Shown piece after piece: positions 49,941 through 64,000 of a stretch of DNA of 64,000 bases. Origin of the DNA: Octopus bimaculoides (taxonomy: Eukaryota); assembly GCF_001194135.2 (NCBI RefSeq), contig NC_068990.1, forward strand, positions 80,796,390 through 80,860,389, in the 5' to 3' direction. Each line of letters starts with the position of its first letter. The stretch's first letter is position 1. Position numbers and translations under genes: made by a program. The notes beneath the pieces were generated by a model, which saw only the letters and a list, made by a program, of their open reading frames with translations, made no database searches and was not told the DNA's origin.

Positions 49941-52874
49941 TAAGGCGCAGACATACCGAAATACGACATTACCGAAATTCGACAACTTTAACACGAAATA
50001 ACTTCGAAAATACACAATTTTCTCAAAAACGCCAAGAGTAAATGATGTTCTTTGTGACACATTCTACCAGTATACGAATTTTGAAAGTGTTTAATTACAA
50101 AAAATAATTTTTTAAATGTGCCAGCCAAAAGGAAAAGACCCCAGCAATCTATTCATCTGAATCCAGTTCATTACACCTTTCGTTTTACAACCTTTAGAAT
50201 TACCCATACCCAAAGATTTTCAAACACACGGGTAAAAATCATTTACTTGTGACAGATATTCTATGAACATTAAGCTATGAGAAATCCTTATCAAAAATAT
50301 TCAATCTCTCTACTACGTCTTATTTGTTATTTAACATCTAGAATGGATTCAATAAACAGCATAAAACAGAATGTTTTTTAACCTATCGTATAATTGTTCT
50401 GATATTTAATTTTAATTTCAATGCAATCACTTAGATTATTTTGTTTCTTTCCAAAAGTGTTCTAGCAAGAAATACGAGAACTACTTCGCATAAAGAATCC
50501 ATTAGTACACTTAACATGTTCACTTGCTCCATATGATCAATAAATATCAGAATACATGGTTGACTATAGTGCAGTTTGATCGATCAATGTGTTTAAATGA
50601 ATTGTGTTTCTTTTACTAAGACACACGTCTACATTCATTGTAATATTTAATGTTAGCACTCAACTGTCTGCGTTGATAAGTTTTTATTTTGTAGTTTTTT
50701 AAACCGTGTAATGCATATGTTAGTCAGACTTTTCAGTCGGTTTCAGTGCGGTATTTAGTTGTTATCGTTTGTAAAAGCATAAAAAAAAACTCACCTCCAA
50801 TACTCTCCAGCTTACTAAACATATTTTTGTCAAAATATCTAATTTCAATACATGTTTCGTGTAAATGCTTAGCGGATGAGGTACCATTCGTAACATACAC
50901 CGAAAAGTTGTCCTGGTTTACAATTCCTGAAATTTTCTTTAAATTTAAGTAGAATTGTGAGAGCAGCAATGCTTCGCGGTATTTATTCCAACTCTTTGTG
51001 TTCTGAGTTCAAATCTTGCTGAAGTCAACCTGTTGGTTCATCCATTTTGGCGGACTTTAGAGAAGAAAGGTCCGTTGTGTGGATTAGTGAGATTATAAGC
51101 ACGTCAGACCGGACACATTGTTATATTCTTACTATCGTTTTGCATTCTGAATTCAAACCCCACTTTAGCCTACATGGATGGTACACTTAACCCGTTGTTC
51201 GTTTTCATACCACCACATAACACGTTGGGTGCTTTAACAGAGCCAAATGCATCACAAGCATTCGAGACAGGATTTTCTGGTTTGAAAACACTTTCTTCCA
51301 CCATTCATGAGCGCTCCCTTCTCTCCTCAATAAAAGTTTAACAAAATATTAAAGCTCTCTTCTAAAACTGAATGTGACTGCCGTGAAAAGCTGAACATTA
51401 AGAATTCTTAGTAATTATAGGAATTTTGTTTTTATCATATTGGTTACAAATTAATCGTTAAGCCACTCTAATATGGCTTTACAAATGATGTTAACGTTAA
51501 CATATTCAATGCAAAGCCATAAAAAGACGAACTATGGCAAATCATGCGGTGTGGGGAAAATCATTTGCAATCAACCATTAACTAAAATCGTTTTGATTCA
51601 GAGATACGGAAGGCAATTCATCACGTATGGTTGTTATTATAATCTCCTCTTAACTATTCTAGACAAGTTCTTGATGACAGAATCATTAAGTAAACGTAGA
51701 ATAATTAACACTTATGTATGTGGAGAAATAAAGATTTCTCAAAGAAACAAATTAATATTAGACACTTTCAGTAAAGAAAGATAATTAAATTAGCGTTAAA
51801 ATATAATGTAGGAAACAGTAGTATGCTAATTATTTTTGTCGTATCATTTGGGCTATCCGTGAGGTCAATAGAACCGTTAAAGAATAATACTAATTAGATG
51901 TAAAGACACCTTTCTTTACGAAAGGAATATATTTGGTCAGCAATATTTCGAGCCTGTAAAATATGCATCTTTCCTAGGTGGTAATATTTCAACTCTGAAC
52001 GAAGCAAAGCAAAGTTGGTCATAACTACTTTTCATTCAGAATTCAAAGTGAAGAAACTATATAATATCAGGTCGTATATTCTTTGTTTCCACAAAACCGA
52101 AATAACTGCCAAGCTTTGGGAATAAGATACGACATTTATTTGGTGTTTGTCGGTGGAAATGATGCCATAAAAAAAAAACATAAAATATTTTCAAAACGTG
52201 ACACTGTACAGAAGATAAGATTTGAGAAAGACAAATCTCTGACTTGACAATAACTGCTAACAAATATTTTCACCCTAACAGACAAAATATTTTGTTTTGT
52301 GTTGGACGCTAATGTGTTCGAATCAGAGACGTATGGTAGTATATGTGATTATATCTTCACATTTCTATTAATATTTCCTATATACGTGTACGATTTAAAA
52401 TAACTAGAAAAATAACTAAATATACAAAGTAATATTTTCTCTATATTATGGTATCATTTTCTTTCCATTATAACAGAGTTATATATACCATTTAAAACTT
52501 GGCTAATCATAAATGGTAAATTATTTATTCAGTTTTGCTTTATAGTCGGGCGTAGCTTCTTAAACTGATGAAAATATAACAACGTTTCTTTGTTTTAAAT
52601 GGAATAATAGTATTTAGCCACGAGATCAATCGAAACAAACTACAAAAATAATTACGTTACTCTCATTCTCATACATAGAATCTTTGTAATGAAACATAAA
52701 AATATTTCAACTAATCTTTAAAATAAATATAATCTGTTGCGGTTTGCATTTGGTCGCAGATCTGAGGTAACCTAAAAAAATTGTAAATAAGATTCAAACT
52801 TGCATCATGGAATGTCTCCCGACATATTTAAAGCAAAAAGACATTTTTCCTGATATGTCTGTCAAGGATATCGA

Positions 52875-52909
<35 letters not shown>

Positions 52910-52915
52910 ATCTGC

Positions 52916-52951
<36 letters not shown>

Positions 52952-52970
52952 TTATATAGGTATATATATA

Positions 52971-53413
52971 TTCTTTTATACTTTTACTTGTTTTAGTTAT
53001 GTCATTGCGGCAATGCTGGAGCACTGCCTTAAAGGGTGTTAGTCGAAAATATCGACCCCAAGATTTATTCCTTATGAGCTTAGTACTTATTCTATCGGTC
53101 TCTTTGGCCGAACCGCTAGTTCCATGGACATAACCACATCAGCATCGATTGTCAAGCGATGGCGGGGTGACAAACATAAACACACACACGCATACACACA
53201 TACGCACACACACACATACACACACATACACACACATACACATATATATATGTATGTATATACGACGGCCTTCTTTCAGTTTCCGCCTACCAATCCATTC
53301 ACAGGGCTTTGGTCGGCCCAAGGTTATAGTAGAAAACACTTTCACAAAGTGTCAAGCAGTGAAATTGAACCCAGATTCATATGGTTGGGAAGCAAGTTTC
53401 TTACTACAAAGCC
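52971..53413 (-). mobile_element. SINE family 2, near full length
   Basis: All family blocks are present, with an internal (CA)n/(TA)n. Confidence 0.9.
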
Positions 53414-55501
53414 TCACCATACACAGCCTCTTACTACACAGCTTCACCATATAGTGAGGCTGTGTAGTAAGTATATGTGTGTGTACACATACACACACAT
53501 ATATACATGTTCCTTTAGCCTAAGACAAATCAGTTAATATTCTTAGCTTTCCACCTAACATGAATACATTTCCTTATTAGGCCATTAATAAAAAATATGT
53601 TCATACTTATGAACCTGTATTAAATATGTTAAGCGCTGTTCCTCTACCCAATAGAGATCATAGAAATATTGAAATATATTAATAATATTGAAAACAAAAT
53701 GGCTGCTATATTAAAAGCAGCCTATATATAAACCTCAGTAGCAACTCTAGAAATATGTTTTTTGTAGTTATTTTAGTTGGTAGAGTTAGTTGTGTTCGTA
53801 GTATTGAAGCGGATGATATTTTGGTGTTAAACTCTACTGACAATGACAGTAATGTTGCTGCTTATCAGGGTGAGTGAAATAGCAACAAAAAAATAAGTAG
53901 ATGAAGAAAGAGAAAAAGATACCGAGGACAACGAATCAATGTATAAGAATCATTACACATACGCAAGCATTGCCTGAAACCATAAATCATGAGATCTAGA
54001 GTGGAAACCGATATAAAATAGTGAAAATAATCCTAATTCATATTCAACACATAGGAAGACTGTCAGTTGTATTACTGGCTACACATTTTAATCCAAAGTT
54101 TGCTAAATAGACTGCGTACGTCTCAAATAAATGCCAACATCAGCAGTAAATTCACTAAGATTACTGAACAAAAATTTCTGAGAAATGTATTAGCTTTTAA
54201 CTGTCATATATGAAAAGCTTGACGTAACAAACTGATGGAATTTTAGTATTTTGAAGGAGGGAAATATACAAAATCAAAAAAAAAAATCTGGAGAATTCGA
54301 GCTATTATTTCGAATAACCCATTAACATAAATCGAGTAGGAGAAAACATGCTGTTTGAAATCAATAGTTGTGAGTGAGATATACTTGTGTAACGAACATC
54401 GGCCGAATGTGTCATACAAAAGAAATATGCGACGAAATACAAGTGCAGTTAATAACGTCAACATAATGGCCAACACCTAAAGCGTTCCAGTTTGTTACAT
54501 GTTTTACATATACACAGACAAACACAGAAATGTGCACACATATATAAGCGCATATGTATATATGCATACATGTCACCCTAAGACGATAAACACACGCTAT
54601 CTTATGTGTACATATGAATTTTTGTTTTTGTGTGTATGTATATATATATATATATANNNNNNNNNNNNNNNNNNNNNNNNNNNNNNNNNNNNNNNNNNNN
54701 NNNNNNNNNNNNNNNNNNNNNNNNNNNNNNNNNNNNNNNNNNNNNNNNNNNNNNNNNNNNNNNNNNNNNNNNNNNNNNNNNNNNNNNNNNNNNNNNNNNN
54801 NNNNNNNNNNNNNNNNNNNNNNNNNNNNNNNNNNNNNNNNNNNNNNNNNNNNNNNNNNNNNNNNNNNNNNNNNNNNNNNNNNNNNNNNNNNNNNNNNNNN
54901 NNNNNNNNNNNNNNNNNNNNNNNNNNNNNNNNNNNNNNNNNNNNNNNNNNNNNNNNNNNNNNNNNNNNNNNNNNNNNNNNNNNNNNNNNNNNNNNNNNNN
55001 NNNNNNNNNNNNNNNNNNNNNNNNNNNNNNNNNNNNNNNNNNNNNNNNNNNNNNNNNNNNNNNNNNNNNNNNNNNNNNNNNNNNNNNNNNNNNNNNNNNN
55101 NNNNNNNNNNNNNNNNNNNNNNNNNNNNNNNNNNNNNNNNNNNNNNNNNNNNNNNNNNNNNNNNNNNNNNNNNNNNNNNNNNNNNNNNNNNNNNNNNNNN
55201 NNNNNNNNNNNNNNNNNNNNNNNNNNNNNNNNNNNNNNNNNNNNNNNNNNNNNNNNNNNNNNNNNNNNNNNNNNNNNNNNNNNNNNNNNNNNNNNNNNNN
55301 NNNNNNNNNNNNNNNNNNNNNNNNNNNNNNNNNNNNNNNNNNNNNNNNNNNNNNNNNNNNNNNNNNNNNNNNNNNNNNNNNNNNNNNNNNNNNNNNNNNN
55401 NNNNNNNNNNNNNNNNNNNNNNNNNNNNNNNNNNNNNNNNNNNNNNNNNNNNNNNNNNNNNNNNNNNNNNNNNNNNNNNNNNNNNNNNNNNNNNNNNNNN
55501 N

Positions 55502-55561
<60 letters not shown>

Positions 55562-56401
55562 GATAATGTATTATATTATATCATGATATACTATATTGCA
55601 TTATATTACATTATATTGTATATTATATATAATATAATTGGACACAAAAAGCTAGAAACTAGGAGGAATAAGAAATCAAACTAACGCTATTCGTACGAAT
55701 ATATACATATATTTGCCTACATATAACTGGCAGTATATATTTATGCTGGCGTTGATATGCATAGAAAGAGTAACAGTGGGAGATGCTCATTGCAGATTTC
55801 GATGCATTGAATATATTTATACAATTAGATTCCTACAATCGCCCTGTAGGCAATTTACGAAACAGAATAGAGAATGCAGAACTTTAAAAAGCAACCATGT
55901 CTTTGATAGATGGAATTCAAGGTCCATACTGACCAGTGATATGTGAGATTAATATCCGGTGTCGTTGAAATCAATATTTCACACAACATTACATCAAAGC
56001 TGTCGACACTTTGGCTTACTTTCCACATATTGTCTTCCACTTACTACCAGGTTTTATATTCAGCAATATTTCACATTGCTTACAAAGATACACGCACACA
56101 CACACACACATGCATACGTATATAACTGTGTACACACACTCACACACACACTCTCACACACAGACACACACACATATATGCATTCATACATACATAGATA
56201 CATACATAAATTCATACACACACATCTATACATATGTACGTACGTATGTATTTACTTATATGAATTATAAGCATGCATTTATATATGTATGCATATGTTT
56301 GTATATATATATATACAAATGTGTGTGTGTGTGTGTGTGTGTGTGTATCTATATATCTATATGTGTATATATATATATGCGTTTATGTAAATGTATATAT
56401 G

Positions 56402-56433
<32 letters not shown>

Positions 56434-56989
56434 CACACGCACACACAGATATATATATATATATATANNNNNNNNNNNNNNNNNNNNNNNNNNNNNNNNN
56501 NNNNNNNNNNNNNNNNNNNNNNNNNNNNNNNNNNNNNNNNNNNNNNNNNNNNNNNNNNNNNNNNNNNNNNNNNNNNNNNNNNNNNNNNNNNNNNNNNNNN
56601 NNNNNNNNNNNNNNNNNNNNNNNNNNNNNNNNNNNNNNNNNNNNNNNNNNNNNNNNNNNNNNNNNNNNNNNNNNNNNNNNNNNNNNNNNNNNNNNNNNNN
56701 NNNNNNNNNNNNNNNNNNNNNNNNNNNNNNNNNNNNNNNNNNNNNNNNNNNNNNNNNNNNNNNNNNNNNNNNNNNNNNNNNNNNNNNNNNNNNNNNNNNN
56801 NNNNNNNNNNNNNNNNNNNNNNNNNNNNNNNNNNNNNNNNNNNNNNNNNNNNNNNNNNNNNNNNNNNNNNNNNNNNNNNNNNNNNNNNNNNNNNNNNNNN
56901 NNNNNTGTAGTCTGATCTCTTTAGCATGAAAAGTGATACCGAAGTAAGCACATTTAGAAATAAAATGTTCTTTTATTTTTGTTGATTAA

Positions 56990-58804
56990 TTGTAGGCAGA
57001 CAACTGTAACCTTGCCTGCCAAAAGGCGCTGCCTTGTCTTTTCAATATGGCTGATTGTCTACTACGATTTGTTGAAAACCCGCACCCAGTTTTGGCTTTC
57101 AATGGAGTTGGATTTCTCGGAAGGTTATTGGTGCTATTGAAGGGAGAGGTAGTAATTTTGACTGGATTAGAGGAAGTGGATACAAAGATTGTTCGTGGTC
57201 TGAAGCATGACAATGCTGGCTAATTCAAAATTGTTCCTGTCGTTACAGAAAATTTGTCACAAATATAAGACAGCTCATGTTCATTCTATTTTTACCTGTG
57301 GCTGTCCAGTTAACCGGTCTACATCAAAAGTTATTGGTTGATTTAGCATGCGTTGGGGATGAATAATTTCGTCTCTACGACGGAGAATTTAGCTCGAAAT
57401 ATTAAAGCAATTTTCATCTTTCGTCATACAATTGTTTTCATCAAACTTTTTAACTTTTGACACGTAGAAGCCGTCATGAATAATTATTGGAATTTGCATG
57501 GTGTGGTATGTGTTGCGATATTGATGGGTTTTAACTGTTATTTGCTCATGAGTATTTGATTGATTTCTATAGAAAGCTACAGCGGAGTTGATTACATATT
57601 TATTTTGGACATGCAGTATTAGAGCAGGCTGTAATACGTCAGTCTCAAAGGAGTTTTTCAGTTCAAGATCTGAGATACGAACGGAGCACCTGAGTGAAGA
57701 ACATTAGTTAAATTTTCTTAACTTAAATCTTGTATGCTTCTATATCATAGAAAGGACGATCGCATAACGTCGTGTGAACTTTGGGAAATTAAATGATCAC
57801 TGGCGAGACACAGTAAATCTATTGTACAAGTTCACCTCTGATCAATTTTAAGCGAAAGAAGCTCCACACTGAGATCGATGGGTTTGTGTTCGAGAATACG
57901 AGAATATCCACCAAGCTGAATATGTTGTTCGTGATGGTAACATTTGGTGAGTTATCATTGTCTGAAATTACACTTCTCGAAAACCTCATCATGAAGATAC
58001 GTATATTCATAGTTTGAGTTCGATATTCATAAGAAAAATCGAATAGTTCATTGAGGAATGGAACTACTAAAGGAATTCGTGCAAGCACCATGATGATTTG
58101 CCATCTCCTTCGGTGGGAGTTATCAGAAACGATTTACAACTAGATGGTTATGTACAACTTGTAGTAGAAGGCTTTTAAGTGAAAGAGGACAAGTTTCATT
58201 CTGATTTGCTATCTTCGTGAAGCATTAAATTTAGGGCAAAACGAGTATTAATTATTGTTAATACAGTATTACCTGCCAAAATGCTATTGAGCGAGGCGTT
58301 CCGGTTGGCATATTGCAGTTAAAACTATTTAGCAATTACCATTATATATACACTCTTTGCAAGGTGTCTGACACCCTACATTCATGTAAAAGGCGTGTTA
58401 TCTTGCACGCCATGCACTGCTTGATCACTTAATGAGAGTAAATTTCTTGTTTCCGTGAAATTTAACCTGTGTTTTCTACATATACAGCGGCATTGATGGC
58501 TTTAGATCTGTAATATTTAATGTATGTGCCTTATGAAAGTACACATCAAGGAGGACAATCTTAACTATCAAAATCAAATTAGTGGTAACGTCTATTTGCT
58601 ATCAAATGGCGTCCGTACAAATTTTGGTGAAGCCCCAGCTAACTATAGACTTAAAAATAGTACTTGTGTACTCCAATTTCAAATACATGTACGCGCATGT
58701 CCATAGGTAATATAACTAGCGAACTTCATGTACACATGTATGTATGTATGTATGTATGTATGTATGTGTGTGTGTATGAGTGTGTGTGTGTGTGTGTTTG
58801 TGTG

Positions 58805-58836
<32 letters not shown>

Positions 58837-58837
58837 G

Positions 58838-58877
<40 letters not shown>

Positions 58878-59080
58878 AAACAGATTTTATTGAAACGTGA
58901 ATTTGTGACTGTGTCAGTAGTCATCCATGAGGTCGTATGTAAATTTCTCCGTTCAAATTATGATTCAATATACACCATCAATAAATTCAACTAGAAATGA
59001 ACAGAAGAGGGGGCGGTTTGATCATCCCAAATGTGAAGTCATGTGGTATTTCAAATAGTCATACTAAATGAATTCTCCAT
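56990..59080 (+). mobile_element. Possible heavily decayed Tx1/L1 ORF2 (EN-RT)
   Basis: Fragmentary similarity in plausible order: GRLLVL..FKIVPV (APE-like), FRAKRVLIIVNT..AKML (cf. RPITLLN..AK), SNGVR (cf. GVRQG) and GGLIIP. It is interrupted by (TG)n. Confidence 0.3.
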
Positions 59081-60945
59081 ATTAAATATAATTTAGTTCG
59101 AGTGTGACGTCTGGGATAACTCAATCTATTGTGAATATTTTAATGCAGCCATATACATGATAAAGTTAAACATGTAAAGATATATAAGAAAACTCGTTCT
59201 CAAAGCGAGCTTCATAAAATAAATACATCCAGAAGCAACCAAAGAATATATGCATTATCCTTTGTCGAAGCAATTTTCAGCAACACTTAATAATTCTATA
59301 TCACTAGCATACACCCTCATAAAATTACCGTTGTTGGAAGACCAATAAAATAAACACTCTTTATATGCGCCTTCCTTTGACTTCAGTCTAAAAACAAGAG
59401 ATTCAACATATATTTCTCTTTCCAATCGATAAACATTTGCGTAAAAATCACGAATTCTATCAGTTGTTTACCAGAACATACATAAACGTCAAATTCTGTT
59501 ACTTGGGAAACGTTTCAAAAATAATAATCATAACTACATGAACATAATACTAAACGTTTACGATATTCTCTTCTCTCAGTATGCAACAGTAACAAAATAG
59601 GAATCTGCTCCTAAAGAGATGATATTTTCATAGAGATATGATTGACTATGAAACGTGCCAGCTACATGTGGCTGACAAACATCTATTTAAACTTGACTAC
59701 ATTGAAATGTAGACACGCATGTCAACGTTAAAATGCCTCTCTGTGTTTCCTCGTCTTGTTAAAAATACAAACCAAATAGAAGCCAAACGTACTTAACTCA
59801 CATTATGATATCTTCGAATAGTAAGTGATACGTTAGAGAATGTAGATCTAGCTTTACCTCCAAAGATGTATACCTACTGCTAGGTTTATTTTCAATAGAT
59901 TTGCTAGACCATGTTGGTTTGATATATAAACATATATATCCTTTATATACTTGACAGTTTTCATAACATAAATAAACTTGTAAACTCTCATCTTTTCTCC
60001 ATCATCTTCGTAAATGTTTTAAAGCAATTTTGAATTTAAGATTTTGCCGCTATTCACCATGTCTATTATTGAATTGATTGGTTGCATTACATTTGAAACT
60101 TCCCTTGCTAATTGGTTAACATTGATCTCGTCCGAGAAGTTTGACATTGTATAGTTTCTAGACAACTTATTTCATAGTGTTATTCTCAAGCTACTGCTAT
60201 CTGCACCTTCGGATGATCTCTACTCAACCGCTACACAACTGTTCCTACCACGGCCAGAACACCTCTATTTATATGTCTTGGGAGAACCTACTTCCTCGCC
60301 TGGGGGCGTCGACACAACATGTAACTTCTTATATATTGTATAAAAATATACGCTACGCGTGGTTGTATTCCTTTATGTATGCATGTATGTATGTATGTAT
60401 GTATGTACTTAATGATTGGGTAACATTCTAGTTGAAGGCGTATGAAATACTGGAGTTAAATTAGGAAAGCAATACTTGTCGTCCCCACCAACGACGGTAA
60501 CAAGTAAAAAAAAGTATAGATAATTTCAAAACAACACGCACTTTTCATACAGAATTTAAACGGGTTGCAATAAAGGTGGAATCTTGGTTGCAATATCTGC
60601 GCGCATGTATGTTTATCCAGAGCTTGATTCCTTAGTCACCAGCGGAGGCACATTTGAAAGTATAAATTTGGGTGAGTACACAATGTTTCTAATGGGCAGT
60701 GATGGACTTCTTCAGTCACGTAAGGACAACCATCATATATTCATGTATATGAAGTCTATTTGAATTTTTACCTTGCAGTCTTCAAACTGGTCACTAACAG
60801 AGTATTGAGTTTGTTTTATTAAAGCTGGTGCCCTAGGGAAAATGCCTGGTGCCTTCATATATTTATGCATGCATGTGGGTAATTGTGTACTCTTGTAGCG
60901 GATGTGCACACCACTTTTGTATTCAAGTACATGTACTTCATTTTT

Positions 60946-61152
60946 GATTTCCTTATTACCCACAAGGGGCTAAACATGGAGGGGACAAACAAGGACAGAC
61001 AAAGGGGTTAAGTCGATTACATCGACCCCAGTGCGTAACTGGTACTTAATTTATCGACCCCGAAAGAATGAAAGGCAAAGTCGACCTTGGTGGAATTTGA
61101 ACTCAGGACGTAACGTTTCGCCCGGCGTGCTAACGTTTCTGTCAGCTCGCCA
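60946..61152 (-). mobile_element. SINE family 1, tail type B, internal deletion
   Basis: Matches the 35558 and 49726 copies and lacks about 25 nt between the A and B boxes. Confidence 0.9.
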
Positions 61153-61837
61153 TGTGCTTCATTTCTGTTAATACCCATGTAGAAGTATGCCTTTATGTGT
61201 GCATGGACACGTATGCACATAATTATGAATGCAGGTATGCATATGCGTAGGTATGAGTCTACGACTGCATGTACTTAGGTATGTAGCAGCGTTTATGTAA
61301 TTATATATGCATATTGATAGCTGAGGGAATTCAAAAATATTCTATGACACCGCCTACTATTCGTTTGCTTAGTACATATCTCGCTAAAACCGTATGGAGA
61401 CCACTGAAATTTAATAATGCACTTCCATTTTACTCACATTTTACTGAATTCTCCTATTTACAATATCCTGTAGGATTTTCTTTTCTTTCGTACTTGATAT
61501 TTTCTATCACAAAACTATCTTTAACGATATTATTTTCACACTTGCTGCTATGACCTGAAGAATATCCTTCCCGAATAAGATATTTAGAATACTGTTTGAC
61601 TAAAATGATTCCAGTTATGAATTTAAGTAAAAGGCATGATTTCTTTGAAAATGTATCTGTGAAATGCTATTAACTTATCAAGCATAACCGTTTGTTTTAA
61701 AAATATTACTGTGCTTGATTCTAATTCTTTTTTATGCCTCATCCGAAAAAGAAAAAAAAAGACACTTCACTTTCCGATATGTTAAGAATTAGCTCAGAGC
61801 AATCGTTTAATCAAATCATTTTTAAGATTCTTATATC

Positions 61838-62022
61838 TTTTCTACTCTAGGCCCAAGACCCGAAATTTTGGGGGAGGAGGCCAACTGGTACTTAATTTAT
61901 CGACCCCGAAAGGATGAAAGCTAAAGTCGGCCTCAGCGGAATTTGAACTCAGAACATAAAGACAGACAGAATACGCCTAAGCATTTCGCCCGGCATGCTA
62001 ACGTTTCTGCCATTTCACCGCC
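61838..62022 (-). mobile_element. SINE family 1, tail type C, internal deletion
   Basis: Head and central block intact, with a cttgggcctagagtagaa tail. Confidence 0.85.
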
Positions 62023-62189
62023 TTAAAGATTCTAAAACCTGCTGGAAAATTCGTTCATCTTAATTTGTACCTTAGTAGCAGTAGATAGTAACAAATAATT
62101 CATCGCAGATAGGTACTAACTATAAAGCTGATACTGTCTGAAGATATATACGTAGGCGTTTGCGGAAAAACTAAGCGAAATAGTCTATA

Positions 62190-62346
62190 GGCACAGTCGT
62201 AGCTGTGTGATAAGAAGCTTGCTTCCCAACCACATGGTTCCGAGTTCAGTTCCACTGCGTAGCACCTTGAGCAAGTGTCTTCTATTATAGCCAGGGCTGA
62301 CCAAAACATCGCGAATGAATTTGGTTGAAGGAAGCTNNNNNNNNNN

Positions 62347-62427
<81 letters not shown>

Positions 62428-62618
62428 TGTCTTATGTATGTATGTATGTATGTATTTATGTGTGTGTGTCTTTGTGTCTGTGTTTGTCTCTATTCAAGAT
62501 TGACAACTGATGTTGGTGTGCTTACGTCCCCGTAACTTAGGGGTTCGGCAAAAGAGACCGATAGAATGAGTACTAGGCTTACAAAGAATAAGTTCCGGGG
62601 TTGACTTCTTCGACTAAA
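62190..62618 (+). mobile_element. SINE family 2 lacking the LINE-like tail; internal (AG)n(ATAG)n(ATGT)n
   Basis: Head, ccttgagcaagtgtc block and 3' domain up to cgactaaa. Confidence 0.88.
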
Positions 62619-64000
62619 ATCGAAAACTTGCACTTTGGTGGACGAATGATATACCTAAGTCTTTTGTGGGGAAATCAACGAAAGAGAGAAACAATATGAG
62701 TATCAGGTAGACCTGGATGAAAAAGCGAAGCAGCTATCAATTTCAGAGATGTTTAAGCCATTATGGCGACGTAGAAACGCAGAGCAAATGAAAGCTCTCT
62801 TTAGACCGTGTTGTAGCTCGATTTAGAACAAAAATAGCTAATACGGGTTTATTTTGAGTTTTGTAGAGGACAAGCAGTCATTTAGGATTAGAATATTTTC
62901 CTATTTTCAGACTTTAGCACAAAACTGCATTCCTTTCTTCGTATTTGTGATGTTGGATTTGAAAGTAATAAAGTGTTCTGTACCAGTGTCAAAATCATGG
63001 TTATTGTACGTTACATGATGCCTATTTCATCCGATCCAGATAAAAACCTAAAGTGACAAATATATTATATTTAACAATAATACAACCGGGTTCTAGAAAC
63101 CTTGGTCTAACGTAACGAAACGGAAGGCACTGGGTGCTGTTTGATTTGTTTGATTGTAAAGATCATTGAATTTTTTCATACTTTGTGACTGCTTGTATGT
63201 GTTTTGAAACTTATATTTTGTACTTATGTTTGCTCTGTGCGTGGGTATACAGGTCTAACAGTGTGAGTGGGTAAGTGAAGGTATTTATGTGATTGTATGT
63301 GTGGTGCGCATTTGTTTGTGTGTATGTTTGTGTGTATGATCGTGCGTGTGTTTGTGTGTGAGCGTGTTCGTGTGACTATACACTTGTTCAACAGCAGACG
63401 GTGCCTGAACGTGTACTCAGAGCAAAAGAGAACGTTAGTGCATCTAACGAATAAAGAATAAAGAGTTTAAACGTTTATAATTGGACAAATTAGCCATTTA
63501 CAACCTATTTATACGAGTAACAATATGGAGTGAGAATGGTTTCTACGTCGGTGGATATAACAATAGTTAAGTTTTCTATTAACAGAAATAAAAACAGCAG
63601 AAATGTATGTGGGTTGCTGATTTTCTCTTCAGCTCAGAACAATTATTTACCATCAACGCAGATGCGTCTTTCGTTTTTCCTGATAAAATAGATATAGACT
63701 ACATGGTGATTTTTTCCCCTGTAATAAGGCTGTGTAACTTAGTCCACATCACGCTTTAACATAAATGTGTTGTGTTTGTGAGTGTGAGTGAAAATGTATG
63801 TATTTATACGTGTGTATGCATAGGTGTATACGTATGCGTGGGTGCGTGTGTGTGAATGTATGCATGAATATATATTATATGATATGTATGCATGTATTTA
63901 TGTATACACACTCATGCATGCATACATGATCGCACATACACATACAAAACCACAAAGATACGAGTAGCGAAACGCATAGATATATAGACAGATAGACAAA

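Noticed and set aside
60170-60330. Possible mariner DAPRRG fragment on the minus strand
   Set aside because: One short motif only, too degraded to support.
63395-63454. Terminal-exon-like QTVPERVLRAKENVSASNE* with AATAAA
   Set aside because: Only 19 codons, a modest acceptor and no linked upstream exon.

Overview
This is AT-rich, repeat-saturated eukaryotic DNA from a gapped draft assembly, with 16 N-runs, most of them abutting (TA)n or (AG)n. The SINE, LINE and microsatellite content suggests an Octopus (coleoid cephalopod) genome; this is an inference from recalled repeat families, not a database result. I found no host protein-coding gene I can support. Most ORF-track entries are microsatellite or N-run artefacts, and the recognisable peptides are decayed transposon proteins. 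Recognised elements: two abundant tRNA-derived SINE families (about 11 and about 7 copies) plus a third; a CR1/L2-group LINE; R4/Dong-like RLE retrotransposons sitting in (AAT)n tracts; Penelope-like RT, GIY-YIG and pLTR pieces; possible Tx1/L1 remnants; mariner, maT and Tc3-like transposase remnants; a hAT-Charlie MITE; a Helitron; and a fold-back MITE. The most interesting observations are a SINE and a LINE sharing a 3' tail with a covarying hairpin, modular SINE construction, a Helitron with two 5' ends and a 91-bp minimal unit, repeated R4-like insertion into (AAT)n, a mariner/maT chimera and a 213-bp fold-back element. A few isolated splice-flanked open segments are reported at low confidence. 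All protein-family assignments come from motif recognition by eye.
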